Assembly: GCF_035084215.1 (NCBI RefSeq) | Contig: NC_090370.1 | Coordinates: 4,712,001 to 4,776,000 of the forward strand | Reading direction: 5' to 3' | Length of the DNA: 64,000 nt | From: Heptranchias perlo | Taxonomy: Eukaryota | In this document: positions 25,263 to 37,920 of the stretch, piece after piece | Layout of the letters: each line of letters opens with the position of its first letter | How positions within the stretch are numbered: position 1 is the stretch's first letter | Made by a program: the position numbers and the translations under genes | Notes under the pieces: generated by a model | What the model was told of the DNA's origin: nothing | Database searches by the model: none | What the model saw: only the letters and a program-made list of their open reading frames with translations

Positions 25263-25381
25263 AGAGAACATTCGTTACCTTTTAGTCCAGAGTTGAGTAT
25301 ATCCTCCATGTGTGACTCTGCTGTTATTTATTTTAAAATCTACTCCTTTGGTAAAGTTGAGGTAGAAATTTGCAGACTTAC

Positions 25382-25546
25382 CCCAAAGAAGTGACCCACA
25401 GTGAGGGAAAAACCAATGATCATGGCTGCTGAGCCCATGAATCCATTTCTGCGAATGTCTGTTGTAGCAAAAATACAGAGAACGAACTGAAGAGTAAGGA
25501 ATATCTCCACAGCTGTAGCCTGGCCAAGACCCACTCCGGCATGCAG
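25382..25546 (-). CDS. mip: Aquaporin-0 exon 2 (165 nt)
   Basis: tttag|[35 protein letters not shown]...GHFFG|gtaagt. Confidence 0.96.
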
Positions 25547-27287
25547 CTAAAGAATAAAAAGAAACATCACGAAGAGAAATGTAAAATATTAACAGACCAG
25601 AAATGAATATAGAGGGGAATATTTACAGGTGTCTTTACCTGCTGACAAAGCCGTTGAACCACACAGACCCATAAGTATACAAAATTCTACAGCCCCGCTC
25701 CCCCCTTAACACTGTACCCGGGTCTGAACTCATGCTCGTGTTTGAATTCCATCTGAAACCACAGGCACTTTAATATTAGTGGATGCTACATGACAGAAAG
25801 GAGTGCACACTTTAGAAAAGAGTGGCTTAGTGAGAGGCCATTACTGAATCTGACTAAGTGTCATTGCTTCAGGAGCCAGGCAATCAATTAATGAAATAAC
25901 CCAATGAGTACAATCTGATCAGTGGAGTCAAGCTCACTCAAATGGTTTTTTTACCAATCTCCATAGCATCTTATTCCCCCTTCCTTTGTGAATCAAACAG
26001 CCAATAAACAAGAGCAAACAACCTGTGTATTGGGCTGAGAATTTTTTTTGGTGAGTTTTAGTGTTCATCAAGTTGAAGGATGTTGGTGCTGGATGCAAAA
26101 TGGAACTGTTTCACTTTTGGAATGAGTGTCAGCATCAAACATCTGGGTAAAACCAAAGCTCTCTCTACTTTGCCCCAACGGTATGCCTTAACCTTCAAGC
26201 TCAGAAGAGCATCTTGTAATACACCAATTGGATTTTTTCCCCATTTTTCATAGACGACTTTTACACTCTGTATGAGAATGACAACTTGTGCTAAATTAGG
26301 CGCAGTTTAGAGTTGTGGAACCATGTTCACGTGGAACTGGGTTGAGACTGTCCAAACTTGTTTCACAAAGGATCCTTGCAGCTAACAGAGACTGTGCAAT
26401 GAGCCATGATTTCAAGGAGAAGGAAGCCATATTTGAGGAAAAAAGTTAAATAATTAAAAAGTAAAACTTTAACCTACCTCCCATCAGGAAAAGAGTTGAA
26501 TTATGACCTCCTTCCACAACTGTCAAGAAAAATCTATGTGTGTGAACTCAACACTGGAATATGTATTACATGATAAACTAGGATTTTCTTCAGCATATAG
26601 GAGACTTACAACATCCTATAATTAAATCATAACCACAAAGAAATTTGGCCAAATATCGAAGAACTTTTACACTTAATTTTTTTAATACCTGTCCTCTATG
26701 AAATCCTTGTCATCTCCTAATTCCCATTTACCCATATGTCCAGCAGAATATTTTTGAGGAAAAGTTGCTTCATTTTCTAAACGTGCACTAAAATTTCAAA
26801 TTTTCCCGCATCTGATAGCAAAGATCCATCATGAATCTAATTGTTCTTCATTACAATGTGCCCACTCCTCATTCTCTTGTGCATTCCACGATATATAACA
26901 TTAAGAACAATAGGAAATAAAACAAAAAAAAACTATTATTGTTTGGGAAAACCAGATAATCAAAAGATGAATTACTAAGGCATATATGGTTCTCTGATTG
27001 TACATGCACACTATGCTATAGTGCATAAACAGTAATACTTGTTATGCCTATCATAAGCTTACTGTACATGTATCATACAGCAATGTTATACCATTTTTAC
27101 AAGAGTCAGACCCCATTTGTACATATGCTGTTTTCTTGGCTGATGTACACATCTGAGATGCCAGACAAATTGCAACCCATTATCAAGACAGTTTATCCTA
27201 ACAAATGCTTTGCATTTTTTTTGCAGTTCATGGAAGGGATCAATGCCAATTGAATTGGAAATCCAAAGTGATCCAAATATATATGAA

Positions 27288-27560
27288 AAGACTTACATTT
27301 TTATAGCGCTTTATTATATCTCTCAAAAAAAATCTCAAAGTACTTCACGTACAGTGAATTACTTTGAAATCCAGTGACTGTTGTCATGCAAGCGAATGTG
27401 TACAGCAGTGTGATGAATGACCAGTTAATCTGTTTTGGGTGATGTTGGATGGGACCTGGGGAACTCCCTGCTCTTTGAATAGTACCATGGGATCGTTAGC
27501 ATCCACCTGAACCAACAGAACAGGTAGATGGGACCTTGGTTTAATGTTTAAGGATGAGTG
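27288..27560 (-). mobile_element. Deu-type SINE, partial
   Basis: Tail plus Deu-domain segment gggaactccctgctctttgaatagtaccatgggatc. Confidence 0.65.
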
Positions 27561-28199
27561 TGACACTTCAGGCTCAGTAGTAAATACCTAGATTTGATTT
27601 ACTTCAAGCTATTTTGGTCTGAATGTATCAGTCTCTTTAAATTAAAAAAAAAAAGACTTTTTATTAATATAATAGTACACAGACAGCGAAGCAAAGTGTA
27701 ATTTGCCATGTTCTATCACAGCAGTTGATGCATGGAAGGGCATAATGCATTTTGCATCCAGTTCTTGGTGGGCTAGTGGCTAATTGTACATTTAATCCTT
27801 GACAGGTTATACATCTGAGCTCTGGCTAGCTGTTTTGGATTATGTCTTGATTGTTGGCACGCTAGTAGTGAATTATGTGTCCATTTCTTGAAAGGCTAAT
27901 GGTGGCTTGTGTGTCTGTGCTATCTGAAACTTAGGCAGTCAGCTGAAGGAATGGTAGTGGGTATCCATGTGAATCCTGGGGAAGAGAGAAGGAGAGAAAC
28001 TCCAGCCATTATTCCCGGTAGCCAGGAAAGACTCACACTAATTATCAGTTTATAGTTTCAATCCCCAAAAATTCAAATCTTAGGACCACCAAAATCAAAA
28101 CCTGAAAAACCTTGATTACTTATTCCTATGGTATATCACAGAGGCACTGAAAGGTAACACTGAAAGATAATACCTGATGTGATTGAACTTTCTTTTAAA

Positions 28200-29230
28200 G
28201 AAACATTTGTATTTATATAGCGCCTTATCATGTCTTTCAGATATATCTTAAAGTGCTTCATATACAATAAAGTACTCTAAAGTCAATTGACTTATTATGT
28301 AGGCAAATGCAGCAGCTATTTTGTACACAGCAAGATCCCAAAAAGAGCAATGAGATCAATGACCAATTAATCTATTTTTGGTGGTATTTTGCGCACAAGA
28401 TCACAAAAACAGCAATGAGATCAGTGACCAGCTAGTCTGCTTTGGTGGTGTTTTGCGCACTATAAGATCCTAAAAACAGCAATAAGATCAGTGACCAGCT
28501 CGTCTGCTTTAGTGGTGTTTTGCGCACAGCAAGATCCCACGAACAGCAATAAGATCATTGACCAGCTAGTCTGCATTGATGATAGTTTGCATACAGCGAG
28601 ATCCCACAAACAAATTAGATCAATGACCAGCTAGTTTGCTTTGGTGTTTTGCGCACAGCAAGATCCCACAAACATAAATTAGATCAATGACCAGCTAGTC
28701 TGCTTTCGTGTTTTGCGCACAGCGAGATCCCACAAACAAATTAGATCAATGACCAGCTAGTCTGTTTTGGTTTTTTGCGCACAGCGAGATCCCACAAACA
28801 TAAATTAGATCAATGACCAGCTAGTCTGTTTTGGTGTTTTGCGCACAGCAAGATCCCACAAACATAAATTAGATCAATGACCAGCTAGTCTGTTTTGGTG
28901 TTTTGCGCACAGCGAGATCCCACAAACAATGAGATCAATAACCAGTTAGTCTGTTTTGGTATTTTGTGCACAGCGAGATCCCACAAACAACAATGAGATC
29001 AGTGTCTAGTTCGTCAGTTTTGGTGTTTTGCACACAGCATCATCCCACAAGCAGGAATGAGATCAGGAACTATTTAGTCTGCTTTTGGTGATAGTTTGCG
29101 CACAGCAAGATTCCACAAATACCAATGAGATCAGTGACCAGTTTGTTTCTGGTGGTGATGGTTGAGAGAGGAATGTTGGCCAGATCACAGGGCAAACTCT
29201 GTACTCTTCAAATAGTGCCATAGGATCTGT
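28200..29230 (-). mobile_element. Deu-type SINE containing an internal tandem expansion
   Basis: Tail at 28200-28320; the SINE resumes at 29160-29230 (tcttcaaatagtgccataggatct). Confidence 0.7.
28321..29160. repeat. Minisatellite, 13 copies of a ~61-69 bp unit
   Basis: Unit approx. tgcgcacagcaagatcccacaaaca(taa)attagatcaatgaccagctagtctgttttggtgttt; copies counted by eye. Confidence 0.92.
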
Positions 29231-29711
29231 TAGTCTATACTGTACATGTGCCATAATTGACACTGAGACATATACTAGCCATAGAGTAGCAGATGCAAGT
29301 GAGTTGTTACTTTTTACCGAATGCGTCCACAATATGAATACACTGACCTGAATTACACACGTTGACCGGGTCTTGTGACAGAGACCCTGTTCATATTGTA
29401 GCCTTTATTCTGGGGTAAATCAAGTACAGATTCTAAAGGCAGTAACTGCTAACCATTTATTTGTTTCTAACCAGTAAATATTGTTCTGGAGGAAGCAGTG
29501 ACATCATGTTAGAGCACTGCTTGTACACTTGCTTTGTAGCACTGCAAGGCATGGACAAAATGTGATTCTATTTTAAACAGCCAGAGCTTTTCCCAGGTTA
29601 TTCCAATCGTGATATCAGCATCTCGACAAACTCGCAGAACCGTATAATCCGTGGTGTAAACCCTGGCAAAATATCTGATTCCAGCATAATATAGTTTCTA
29701 GGCTTCTAACC

Positions 29712-29912
29712 CAAGCTCTGGAATTCCCTCCCTAAACCTACCTACCTCTCCTCCTTTAAGACACTCCTTAAAACCTACATCTTTGACCAAGCTTTTGTCC
29801 TAATATCTCCTCATGTGGCGCAGTGTCAAATTTTGTTTGATAACGCTCCAGTGAAGCGCCTTGGGACGTTTTACTACGTTAAAGGCGCTATATAAATGGA
29901 AGTTGTTGTTGA
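29712..29912 (+). mobile_element. L2-type LINE/SINE 3' tail
   Basis: aagctctggaattccctccctaaacct...aaaggcgctatataaatggaagttgttgttg; same family as 40750-41180. Confidence 0.75.
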
Positions 29913-31413
29913 TACTTTACTGGTAGATTGGTGGCTTCACTTTGAACTGATAATAGGGTGCTCAGAGCTCCTAATATGAAAACTGACCCGCCTACCTGTG
30001 GGTTCAATTCCTGTCTGTTACATTAGAGGGGGTTTTTGGTCGTCTCCACATGCCTCCAGCAGGCACAAAGAAGATTTAGCTGTGACTGTACTGGCATCTG
30101 TTCTTCACGACCATGTCATTAGACTTTAAAGGTCCTAGGCCTGCAGTACTGTAAACCATGCAGACCCCAGAGCCATTCCAGAGTCACTGCAGCTAGCAAT
30201 GCAAACGCGCACACTATATAGGGAGCTTTTGAACTCAATCAGCTGTATCTCCAGAACGAACATGAATTCACAGCTGAGTGAAGCTTTGCTTTTGTCTTTT
30301 TTTTTAACTTTATTTTCCATTTTGAACTCCAGCAATTTACAACAATAACAAATGTGTACAAAATCAAAAGCACCGCGTGCTCCCTGTCGCACCAGCTAAT
30401 ATCTCAAGCAGACTGGAGGTTTCATAAATCTTTAGATATATTTATAAGACCCTGAAAACGTCCAGGCTATGTAATGGTAGATTTAACCCACGAGGCCTTT
30501 ATTTAAAATAAAATTCCGAAGTAATGTAATCGCATAAGATAAAAGTAACACTCCAAATAAAACCACAAGTCAACAAACTCCATTATTTTGGACCTGAATT
30601 GAAACAGAAATTAAGATTTCCCCTTAAAATGATTTATCGTTTGAAATACAAGAAAAAGGGTATCCATCAAATTGATGGAGTATTCCGAGGCTGTCATTTT
30701 GGATTATCCGAATAAATATTCATCTCAGAACCACTCAAAATAAATCAGCAAAGATCTCAAAACACACCAGATATTTAACTTGCACTGTAAAATAAGAATC
30801 ACGAAAAACTACTGTTACTAATGATTTCAGTAATAATTTTTAAAAAGCAAAGCGAGCATCGGGTGTGTGTTTAAGGATTAACCCATTAAATACTGTTTAC
30901 ATGTTTTCCTCTTTGGCCCATAGATTAAGACTAGAGTTATACTGCATTCTGTGCAATCTCAAACCCTTGCATTATTATTTCCAAAAACGTTTTACCAGAG
31001 TTCCAAATGTATTTTTCTTTCAAACATTAATTTGCCAATTAGATAAAGTTTAATTTTTACAACAGTTTTGTTTCACTGTCTGTATAGATTTCTGATTAAT
31101 TTATCCTATCATCTTTACTACTTCTTAAGATGTTAGTTAATGTTACCTCAATCCATTCTCCAGGATATTTCACATCTCAAGCCCGTTACTTCAATAAAGA
31201 AAACTTTTAAGAGTCATATTTTGGTCTCTACACGTTTACACTCGTTATATTAACTGCTTCTTGTTACTATCCTTTTCAAACATTGATTTTCCAGGACATT
31301 TACCATTTTGCTTCCCACTTTAATATTTGTTTTCCTAATAGGGTTTTAGTTTGTACAAATTCATATTTTAACTTTTTTCCTCCGTATAAGTGCATGTTTG
31401 CCAATATATTTAC

Positions 31414-31776
31414 CGTGTTGAGCCCCAGGTTGCCCCGTACCGATGGAGGGGTGACCCCATACAGCACAGCTGCCCCCGCCACTGCCCCCAGGAGCTGAGC
31501 TGCCATGTACATTACACAGCGGAACATGCTCAGCTGCGCCCCCAGCAGGAAGGCGAAGGTAACGGCCGGGTTGAGGTGCGCCCCGCTGACATGTCCAACC
31601 GCCTGTACCAGGGCAGCCAGGACAAAGCCAAAACCCAGAGAAACCAGCAGCACGTTCACGGGGCCCGGAGACCATCGCATGGTAAAGCCCAGTCCAAAAA
31701 ACACGAAGAGCATGGTAGCAAAAAACTCTGCAAAGACTGCCCTCCAAAAGGGCATGGATTTCAGCTCCCACATCAT
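31414..31776 (-). CDS. mip: Aquaporin-0 exon 1 (363 nt; canonical MWEL start at 31773)
   Basis: (M)[20 protein letters not shown]...[16 protein letters not shown]...VRGNLGLNT|gtaaat. Exon sizes 360/165/81/186 give a 263-aa MIP. Confidence 0.97.
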
Positions 31777-31891
31777 CCCGATCTTCGAAAGAGCAGACTA
31801 TTAAAAAAAAACAGAAAATAAAAAAAAAAGTGATGGAATTGTCTCCTGGCTCCTCAAACGTTTCCCCCAATTTTAATTGCACAGAATGAAG

Positions 31892-31899
31892 TATTTATA
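31892..31899 (-). promoter_or_regulatory. Candidate TATA box of aqp0
   Basis: TATAAATA on the - strand ~120 bp upstream of the ATG. Confidence 0.55.
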
Positions 31900-32039
31900 G
31901 GGGACTCTGAATCTGACAACATTATCTGGGGGAGGGACCTGTCCAGTTTGTAACTGCATTTAACTGTTTCATCCCAGGACACTGGGCACATTCCAATGAT
32001 TTCCATTTCCAGCACCCTCGGTCTGCAATCGACTATAAA

Positions 32040-34335
32040 CTTGGTAACTATGTTAAAAATACGAGAACAATTAGGAAGGAACTACAAAATGAAATTATCA
32101 AATGTAAAAAGAAATAGTAAAGTATTTTACAGATACATAAATGTCAAAAGGAAAATTAAGATATTGATAGGGCCACTAAGGGATGCACAAGATAAACTCA
32201 CAGGTAATGACAGTAAAATAGCAAAAATATTGAATAATTGTTTTGCCTCACTCTTTACCAGGGAGACTAACAAGGTGGACATGAAGTGATCAAAAAAACA
32301 TCAAGACACTTAAGATAGAAAGGAAGGAGATAATTGATAAACTAGACAAGCTTAATGAGGGTAAAACCCCTGGTCCGGATGGATTGCATCCGCACGGACT
32401 AAAAGAAGCTGAAGAAGAGATAGCAGAGGCACTATTATATATGTATTCAATAGAAAATGGAATAGTGCCAGAGGACTGGTGGACAGCTAATGTTATTTCT
32501 ATATTCAAAAAGGGGGATAGAACAAATCCAGGGGACTATAGACCAGTTAGCTTAATGTAGGCAGTATGAAAGATATTGGAATCTTTAATCAAAGATGTGA
32601 TAGAAAAACATCTAGAAACTGAGAATATAATAAAGAATAGTGAGTACAGATTTCAAAAGGGAATGTCATGCTTGACCAACCTTATTGAATTCTTTGAAGA
32701 AATAACAAAGAGTAGACATGGGTAATGCAGTGGGTGTGATATATATGGACTTTCAAAAGGCCTTCGATAAGGTACCGCATGGTAGACTCACGACTAAGGT
32801 CAGAACATGTGAAGTCAGGGGATAAGTAGCAGAATGGATAGCAAACTGGCTACAAAACAGAAAACAGAGTAGGGGTTAAAGGTAGCTACTCAGACTGGCA
32901 AATGGTGTGAAGTGGTGTTCCACAGGGATCGGTGCTGGGACCACTGTTGTTCACAATTTACATAAACAATTTGGACTCAGCAATCGGAAGAACTATATCA
33001 AAATTCAGAAGACAAATTGGGGGTATAGTTAATACTGAGGAGGACTGCAACAAAATACAAGAAGACGTTAACAAACTTGCAGAATGGGTGTGTAAATGGC
33101 AAATGAATTTCAATATAGATAAGTCTGAGGAGGTGCATTTTGGTAGGAGGAATAAGAAGGCCACCTACTCCTTGGAAAATACGTCTAAATGGGGTCGAGG
33201 TGCAAAGAGATCTAGGGGTACAGATTCATAAATCATTAAAAGTAGCAATGCAGGTTAACAAAGCCATAGAAAATGCAAACATAGCACTGGGATTCATTTC
33301 TAGAGGAATAGAATTCAAAAGCAGAGAAGTTATGTTAAACTTATATAGACCCTTGGTTAGACCACACTTGGAGTACTTTGCACAGTTCTGCTCTCCATAC
33401 AACAAAAAAGATATAGAAGCATTGGAGAAAGTGCAAAAAAGATTAACTGAGAGGGTACAATTATAAGGAAAGACTGAACAGGCTGGGGTTCTTTTCTCTA
33501 GAAAAGAGACGCTTGGAGGTGACCTGATAGAGGTCTTTAAAATTATGAAGGGGCTCCTTCGTAGACGTAGAGAGGATGGTTGCACTTGTCCAAAACTAGG
33601 GGCCATAAATCTAAGATAGTCACTAATAAATCCAATATGAATTCAGGAGAAACTTTTTTACTCAGAGAGTGGTGAGAATGTGGAACTCACTACCACATGG
33701 AGTGGTTGAGGTGGATAGCATAGATGCATTTAAGGGGAAGTTAGATAAGTATTACATAGAATGTACAGCACAGAAACAGGCCATTCAGCCCAACAGGTCC
33801 ATGCCGGTGTTTATGCTTCACACAAGCCTCCTCCCACCCTTCTTCGTCTAACCCTATCAACATATCCTTCTATTCTTCTCCCTCATGTGTTTATCTAGCT
33901 TCCCCTTAAATGCATCCACGCTAGTCGCCTCAACTACTCCTTGTGGGAGTGAGTTCCACATCCTAACTACTCTCTGGGTAAAGAAGTTTCTCCTGAATTC
34001 CCTATTGGATATATTGGTGACTATCTTATATTTATGGCCCCTAGTTTTGGGCTCCCCCACAAGTGGAAACATTTTATCTATGTCTACCCTTTCAATATCG
34101 TAAAGACCTCTATCAGGTCATCACCCATACTTCTCTTTTCTAGAGAAAAGAGCCCCAGCTTGTTCAATCTGGTAGGTATAAACCTCTCAGTTCTGGTACA
34201 TGAGGGAGAAAGGAATGGAAGGAAATGGTGTTAGGATGAAATGAAGTAAGGTGGGAGGAGGCTTGTGTGGAGCATAAATGCCTGCGTAGACCTGTTGGGC
34301 TGAATGGCCTGTTTCTGTGCTGTAAATTCTATATA
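32040..34335 (+). mobile_element. CR1 LINE, 5'-truncated ORF2 (RT) plus 3'UTR, interrupted at ~33752-34195
   Basis: KTPGPDGLHP-like, DFQKAFDKVPH, SGVPQGSVLGPLLFTIYINNLD and LVRPHLEY motifs, with frameshifts. Confidence 0.9.
33752..34195 (-). mobile_element. CR1 3' end inserted in reverse into the preceding CR1
   Basis: The - strand encodes FPLVGEPKTRGHKYKIVTN...RNFFTQRVVRMWNSLP and ends in the same tail as the host. Confidence 0.85.
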
Positions 34336-34564
34336 GTTTACAAACACTGGCCTTTTTACTCCGAACGAGACAAATCACCTGTCAGAATCGCCCAGTGCCT
34401 TCTCTATGAGCTCCAGTTTACTATATGATTATTATACATTGCGTAATTGTGTCTCCTCCACCAATAGACAAGCTTTGACAATTCTAAATGTTGAGAGTTT
34501 TTTTTGTTGTTAAAACAGCATTTTGTGATTCTATCATTTTAAAAAATAAATGCAACATTGGCGA

Positions 34565-34727
34565 GGTGAAGTGAAACTTTGGCGAGGGCACAAGATGGGC
34601 AGTAGCAGAGTGGTTGCCCGTTATACATACCCACCTGATTTCAATGGAAAGGAAAGTCGGGCGATGTACAACATGCGGCTGATACCATACTGCCCATTTT
34701 GCACCCCCGTCAAAGTTGAACTTCACC
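34565..34727. mobile_element. Small palindromic MITE-like element
   Basis: Ends ggtgaagtgaaacttt / aaagttgaacttcacc and inner atgggcagta / tactgcccat are inverted. Confidence 0.6.
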
Positions 34728-34858
34728 GTCATCATCTTTAAGAGGCATTATCAATTCATTCATTCGCTAGCTGGCTTTATTTACCCTGAGCTCTGTTAAA
34801 TAATCCTCTACATATACTTCACTCTGAGCTTTGTTAAATAATCCTATTAAGTAATGCT

Positions 34859-35000
34859 GTGCACATTCCATCTAGGGAGACCTGAAACAACAGTGCACAT
34901 TACACTCAGGAGAGTCCTGAAATAACAGTGCACATTGCATTCAAGGGAGTCCTGCAGTAACTGCCCATTCTATCCAAGAAGACTTGCTGTAAAGATGTAC
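34859..35000. repeat. Degenerate ~34-bp tandem repeat (~4 copies)
   Basis: gtgcacatt...ggagtcctga..aaca recurs. Confidence 0.55.
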
Positions 35001-35609
35001 AATGCTTTGTCATAATCCTAAGACTTTCTTTAGTTTTTTAATTGATCATGTGTACTTTTTATCAATTTGCCCATCAATCTTACTATTATCATGTGCGTCC
35101 AAGAGTAGTACAACCCGATAAAATGTTCTCTTCCTGTTATGTGTTGCAGAGCTATACAACAAAATATAGAGGTCATAATGGTGATGGTTAGCATCATGAA
35201 GGAAAATTGGCATCAATAAGGAACTACTGTCCCTGAATAGAAAAGCTGAGCAGTAGGGAAAATTTAAAAATTGTACAGAAATCCTTACCCACTGGGTCTA
35301 ACTGCCTGTATACATCTCTTTGGTGTTGTAGAGGATGGACTCTGTCATGGAGTATGTTATTCTCATTTGGTCCACTGACCTGTATGGCTTTGGACTGCAC
35401 TAGCTCTAGAATCAAGACAGGGATTTTCTCTGCAGTGTGCTAAATAGAACTATATTTCACCATTGACTCAATGTGTGCTTTGTAGAATACTGAAGTTGCT
35501 GACCGTGACAAGTATTGTTGAGCTTTTTTGATGATTTCCCCTGTTCTATTTACTTTTCCAGCCACTTCCATCATGTGCTTCCTATAGTGTAATTAGTAGA
35601 TTCTAAGGA

Positions 35610-36590
35610 CATAAGAAAGCACAGGACAAGAAAAGGCCATTTGGCCCTTTAGACCTGTTCTTTCCACTGATCATGCACAATTTTCCCTTTCATGGAGTCT
35701 ACCCAATTTAATAATCTCATGAGTGAAGGTTGTGTAGTTTCTCTCTGTCCCCCAAAAGTAATCAAGCAAACCTCCAAAGTCTCTATTTAACTGTACAACC
35801 CATATTATTCATCTTTGACCAGATTTTCTCTATGGGATCACATGGCTATGGCCCAGCAACCATTATATTGCAAAGAGTACTTCATTGTTCCAAGCTATTC
35901 TAATACATAGAATCTGCAAACCTGTTCCTAACCAGACATTTATCAATTTTTTTAAAGGAATTAATCAACAAGCCTTAATTGCTTTTGCTGGGAATCTGTT
36001 CCACTTATCCACAATTGTATGGGGAAAAAATCTTTCCAATCTTTACTGTCACATAAAGCACTTTCATGCAATCTAGTTCTATATACACTGTCCAGGTAAA
36101 TTGCCTGCTTACATTTACATTTATCAATGCCTCTCAACATTTTAAAGACAAGGATCATGTCCCTCTTAATGATTGTTTCTCCAATGAAAAACAAGTACCG
36201 TTCTGCGAGTTTCCCATTATAACTTAGAGCTCTAAATCAGAATTATCCTTGCTTTTATTCTCTGAATTCTCCTCAATGCTTCAATATTCTTGGTGCCCAA
36301 AATTGGAAACATGAAACTATATATGACCTCACCAATGTTCTATACAAGTTAAAATAACTTGTTTTGACTTATTATCAAACGGCCTTGAAAAGCATCCCAG
36401 TACATAGTTAGCTTTGTTGCTAATAGCTTCACATTGATTTGATACTTTCAGTGAATGGCCAATAATGACATCCAAATCCTTTTCCTTTTCACCTTTGCTA
36501 ATGTTCATCCCTTCATTTTCTATACATTTTATGTTTCCTGTTTCAATATGCATAATCTTACATTTGTGTATGTTAAAATCCATCTGCCGT
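35610..36590 (-). mobile_element. Old CR1 LINE fragments
   Basis: - strand MDFNIHKCKIMHI...EKEKDLDVII and RDMILVFKMLRGID. Confidence 0.7.
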
Positions 36591-37039
36591 TCCTTAGCCT
36601 ATAAGGCCCATAAATGTAATTATGATGTGAAGGAGGTGAATAGTTATAGATGAAGAGAGCTTGATACCTTTGATGAAGAGGGTGGTTGGTGACATCATGG
36701 TTAAGCATTCTGAACAGGGTTAGCACCTTAATGGTCTTAACATTGAAAATAACACCCTGCTTGTCTGCTTACTTTCCAACTCTGTCTATATCTGTCAATG
36801 GTAATTCAGTCACTACTTGCCTTTCAGATGGTGAATTAATTACTCCTGTAGAGGATGTCACATCAACAAAAGCAAGATATTTTTGATGAGATCCAACAAG
36901 TTCCTGATGAGAAACCATGTAAGATTACGCATGCTTTCCTATGTGCAGATGTGACTTGAAGATGAACATCTGTTTGTCATGACCTGGCAATTGAGTCCTC
37001 TGTGTCCTGCATTTGATTCAACAGTTGGACAGATATGCC

Positions 37040-37400
37040 ACAAGAGACCAGCTTTACAAGGATGCTGCAATGCCACACTTATTGAATCCTCAAAATTTTA
37101 CGGGCTGCTCCTAGGACTTCATGCTGGACATCAAGAGAATTGTTCCATTTCTGGATCATGAGTTTAAGACTATCGCAACTTGACTGCTTTGCTCTGTACA
37201 CAAATTGGTGACTAGAGAGCAAGTATTTGGCATTGAAGTGTTTCTGCAGCTTGTCACTCACTATGGCCTGCACAAGCTTTGATGCATTTGGCAACAGGGA
37301 TAGTGGTCTTAAACTATCTGGGTATGACTTTGATCACTTTTTGTCAAGAAGCACAATCTTTCCTTTTTGTTTTCTTCTCAGATGGGACAACAACAGTTGA
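37040..37400 (-). mobile_element. Non-LTR RT fragment
   Basis: - strand SKLVQAIVSDKLQKHFNAKYLLSSHQF..RAKQSS resembles the N-terminal RT domain. Confidence 0.55.
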
Positions 37401-37684
37401 CGATGACCAGTTGAAGTAAATGAGCAAGAGATTAGCTAGTTCCTCAGGCAGGGGGTTGAGTCCCCAATCTCTTGTCTCATTCAGGTCAGTTTTCTGGGAT
37501 CAGACATTTTAATGAAAATGCTTAACATTCTTGTGTCTGTTGTTAAGTCACTCTCACTGGGTTATTGCACTTTGATAGAACTCGATACCGGACCTTGGAT
37601 TTCAGATGAATTTCAGCAAATGGAATTTTCAACGTCCTCTGCCTTATTCATGGAGATGTAACCTGTGATTCTACCCTTAAGAGA

Positions 37685-37920
37685 GAACTTGCATTTATAT
37701 AGCACCTTTCACGTCCTCAGGACGTTTCAAAGTGCCTCACAGCCAATGAATTACTTTTGTAGTCATTGTCATTACGTAGGCAAACGTGGCATTCAATTTG
37801 TGCTCAGCAAGGTCCCACAAACAGCAATGAGATAATTGACCAGTTACTCCATTTTTTGGTGATGTTGATTCAGTGATTAATGTTGACCAAGACACCAGAA
37901 GTCCCCTGCTTTTCTTCAAA
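37685..37920 (-). mobile_element. Deu-type SINE, partial
   Basis: aacttgcatttatatagcacctttcacgtcctcaggacg tail plus Deu segment. Confidence 0.7.

Noticed and set aside
28321-29160. CRISPR-like array
   Set aside because: The units are contiguous tandem copies without unique spacers, derive from a SINE, lie in a vertebrate intron, and have no cas genes nearby.
31300-31413. C-terminal extensions of the aquaporin ORFs in the track (also 25340-25381, 53402-53617, 57929-57961)
   Set aside because: These are read-through into introns past canonical GT donors.
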